Source: Paraphysomonas bandaiensis (taxonomy: Eukaryota > Protista > Chrysophyceae). Taken from it: a stretch of 64,000 nucleotides of DNA. Under the pieces are notes generated by a model. It ran no database searches, was not told the origin of the DNA, and saw only the letters and a program-made list of their open reading frames with translations. The stretch spans positions 124,001-188,000 of the forward strand of contig CBFFRP010000281.1 of the NCBI GenBank assembly GCA_965644295.1, written 5' to 3'. The position numbers were made by a program, and so were the translations under genes. This document shows positions 62,501 to 64,000 of this stretch, piece after piece (within the stretch, counting starts at the first letter, position 1; each line of letters begins with the position of its first letter).

Positions 62501-64000
62501 TATGGCGTACATGCACACTCATTGAATCTGTACACGAATACAAGTAGAATATGTAAGTTTTATGATTTAATGGCCATATTAAACTTACCTAAAAGTACGC
62601 CAAGGTACTACTTTTACTCTGTGAGACATGATTGACATCTTGTGCAGCGAAGGTTGTCGATTGAATAGCACAACATCTCCATCATCCATGTGTCTCTCAA
62701 CGATGTCACCTATGCGCAGGCTTGCAGCGACCTGATTTCTATCTCCGAAGGCCAAAGATTTAACCATTCCGTTAGAAAGTCGCAGCATATTTGCTCCTGG
62801 GTGCACGTCGGGGCCATTCACTATCCGCTGTCGTAACTTCTCAATGTTGTACCGGTTCACCTTTTCTGGATAAGTCATCACTTTAGCTACCAGCTGTGGA
62901 ACTCCAATTTCTTCAACCTTCCTATTTGGATCCGGGGATATAACAGTACGTCCTGAGAAATCAACTCTTTTTCCGGAAAGATTTCCTCTAAAGCGGCCCT
63001 GCTTTCCCTTGAGTCGCTGACAGAGGCCTCGTATGGGCTTTGGTCCGGCCAGTAGTCGCGGTATGCCAGGTACTTCTCCATTGACAAACTGGGCAACTTG
63101 AATCTGCAGAAACTCCCAGTCTTCGATGATCATCTTTATTGTGGCACCGTTCCGCAGGGCCAATTTGAGGGCATTATTAACATCTATAATCTCCTGTAGT
63201 TTCACCGTGAGGTCGTCCTCGTTACTGCCTCCCCCGACATCCATTGGAACTGATGGTCTGATGGGTACAGGGGGCACGGGAATCGACCAGGTGATAAGAG
63301 TTTCAGGTCGGCTGTAGGCCGGACCAGTCCAGAGCAAAATAGCATCCTCATCAGATATGCAGGAAAAGAGCTCATAGGCACGAGTCGGTGTCAGCAGCTC
63401 CTGCATAAATATAAGACACTCGTAATAACAACAGCGAAGTCGTATATACCGTATGCTTGATGTTAACTCCTTGTAACTCAGGATTAGCTCGACCTATATC
63501 CTCCATCATTGAGCGAAATCTGTCTTCTTGGTCTTCTGCTTGCTTAGCCCTAAATACTTCATGCACAATCTTGAAAAACGACCCTGACATCTTCTTCACA
63601 ACTCCTACATAATACCGACAAGTACAGATTATTGCAGAAAATTACAAGTGAGGAGCAAATACCATTTGCATAGCCGCAATGGGGGCACCTCGAAGCTTTC
63701 TTGCAAATGTCTGTAATTCGCTTGGATAGCAAAGACTTGGCAAAAGCATCCGACTTGGGGCTAGTCATTTTATTGAGGTATGATTTTCTGTCACTGATCG
63801 GAAGCAGCACACGACTACAGTTTTTGCATATACACTGAAGTAACTGAAGAGTATGTCTAAAATATCCCGCATGGAATACAGGAAGTTCTAGTTGAACATA
63901 TCCAAAATGTCCTGCACAATCACTCATCTTCTTCCTATATACATACATATAAGTATGACTGTATTGATAATATCCTTCACAAACCTGCATGTTTGACAAG
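59596..64000 (-). CDS. POLR3A: RNA polymerase III largest subunit (5' end outside window; multi-exon)
   Basis: CAGHFG, GNLSGKRVDFSGRTVISPD, LFNRQPSLHKMSIM, FNECACTPYNADFDGDEMN and TQMTLKTFHFAG; no CTD heptads. Confidence 0.96.

Overview
Eukaryotic nuclear DNA, probably from a stramenopile/ochrophyte-type protist; this is inferred from the 43-65 nt GT-AG introns and the gene content and is not proven. Positions 1-36 kb and 57-64 kb are gene-dense. They encode an EF-hand protein, RPLP1, LUC7, a fatty-acid elongase, a villin-headpiece protein, a CAMK-like kinase, a BK-type K+ channel, an MFS transporter, ACADM, a degenerate ABC protein, a 2Fe-2S ferredoxin, an epimerase, a syntaxin, a taxilin and POLR3A. 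A Copia retroelement with identical LTRs also lies in this part. Positions 36-57 kb form a rearranged, transposon-rich block. It contains a 3.76-kb foldback with 1.3-kb arms, a tandem triplication of a myristoylated EF-hand gene, and the best candidate for a new system. That candidate is a 3.6-kb composite unit of two direct-orientation hAT elements whose 8-bp target-site duplications are swapped (outer GTGACCAT, inner CTCATCAC). The unit encloses a circularly permuted 2.4-kb cargo encoding an intact PD-(D/E)xK-type nuclease with a repeat coiled-coil tail, bracketed by CACTA-like inverted repeats. All alignments were done by eye and no database searches were run.
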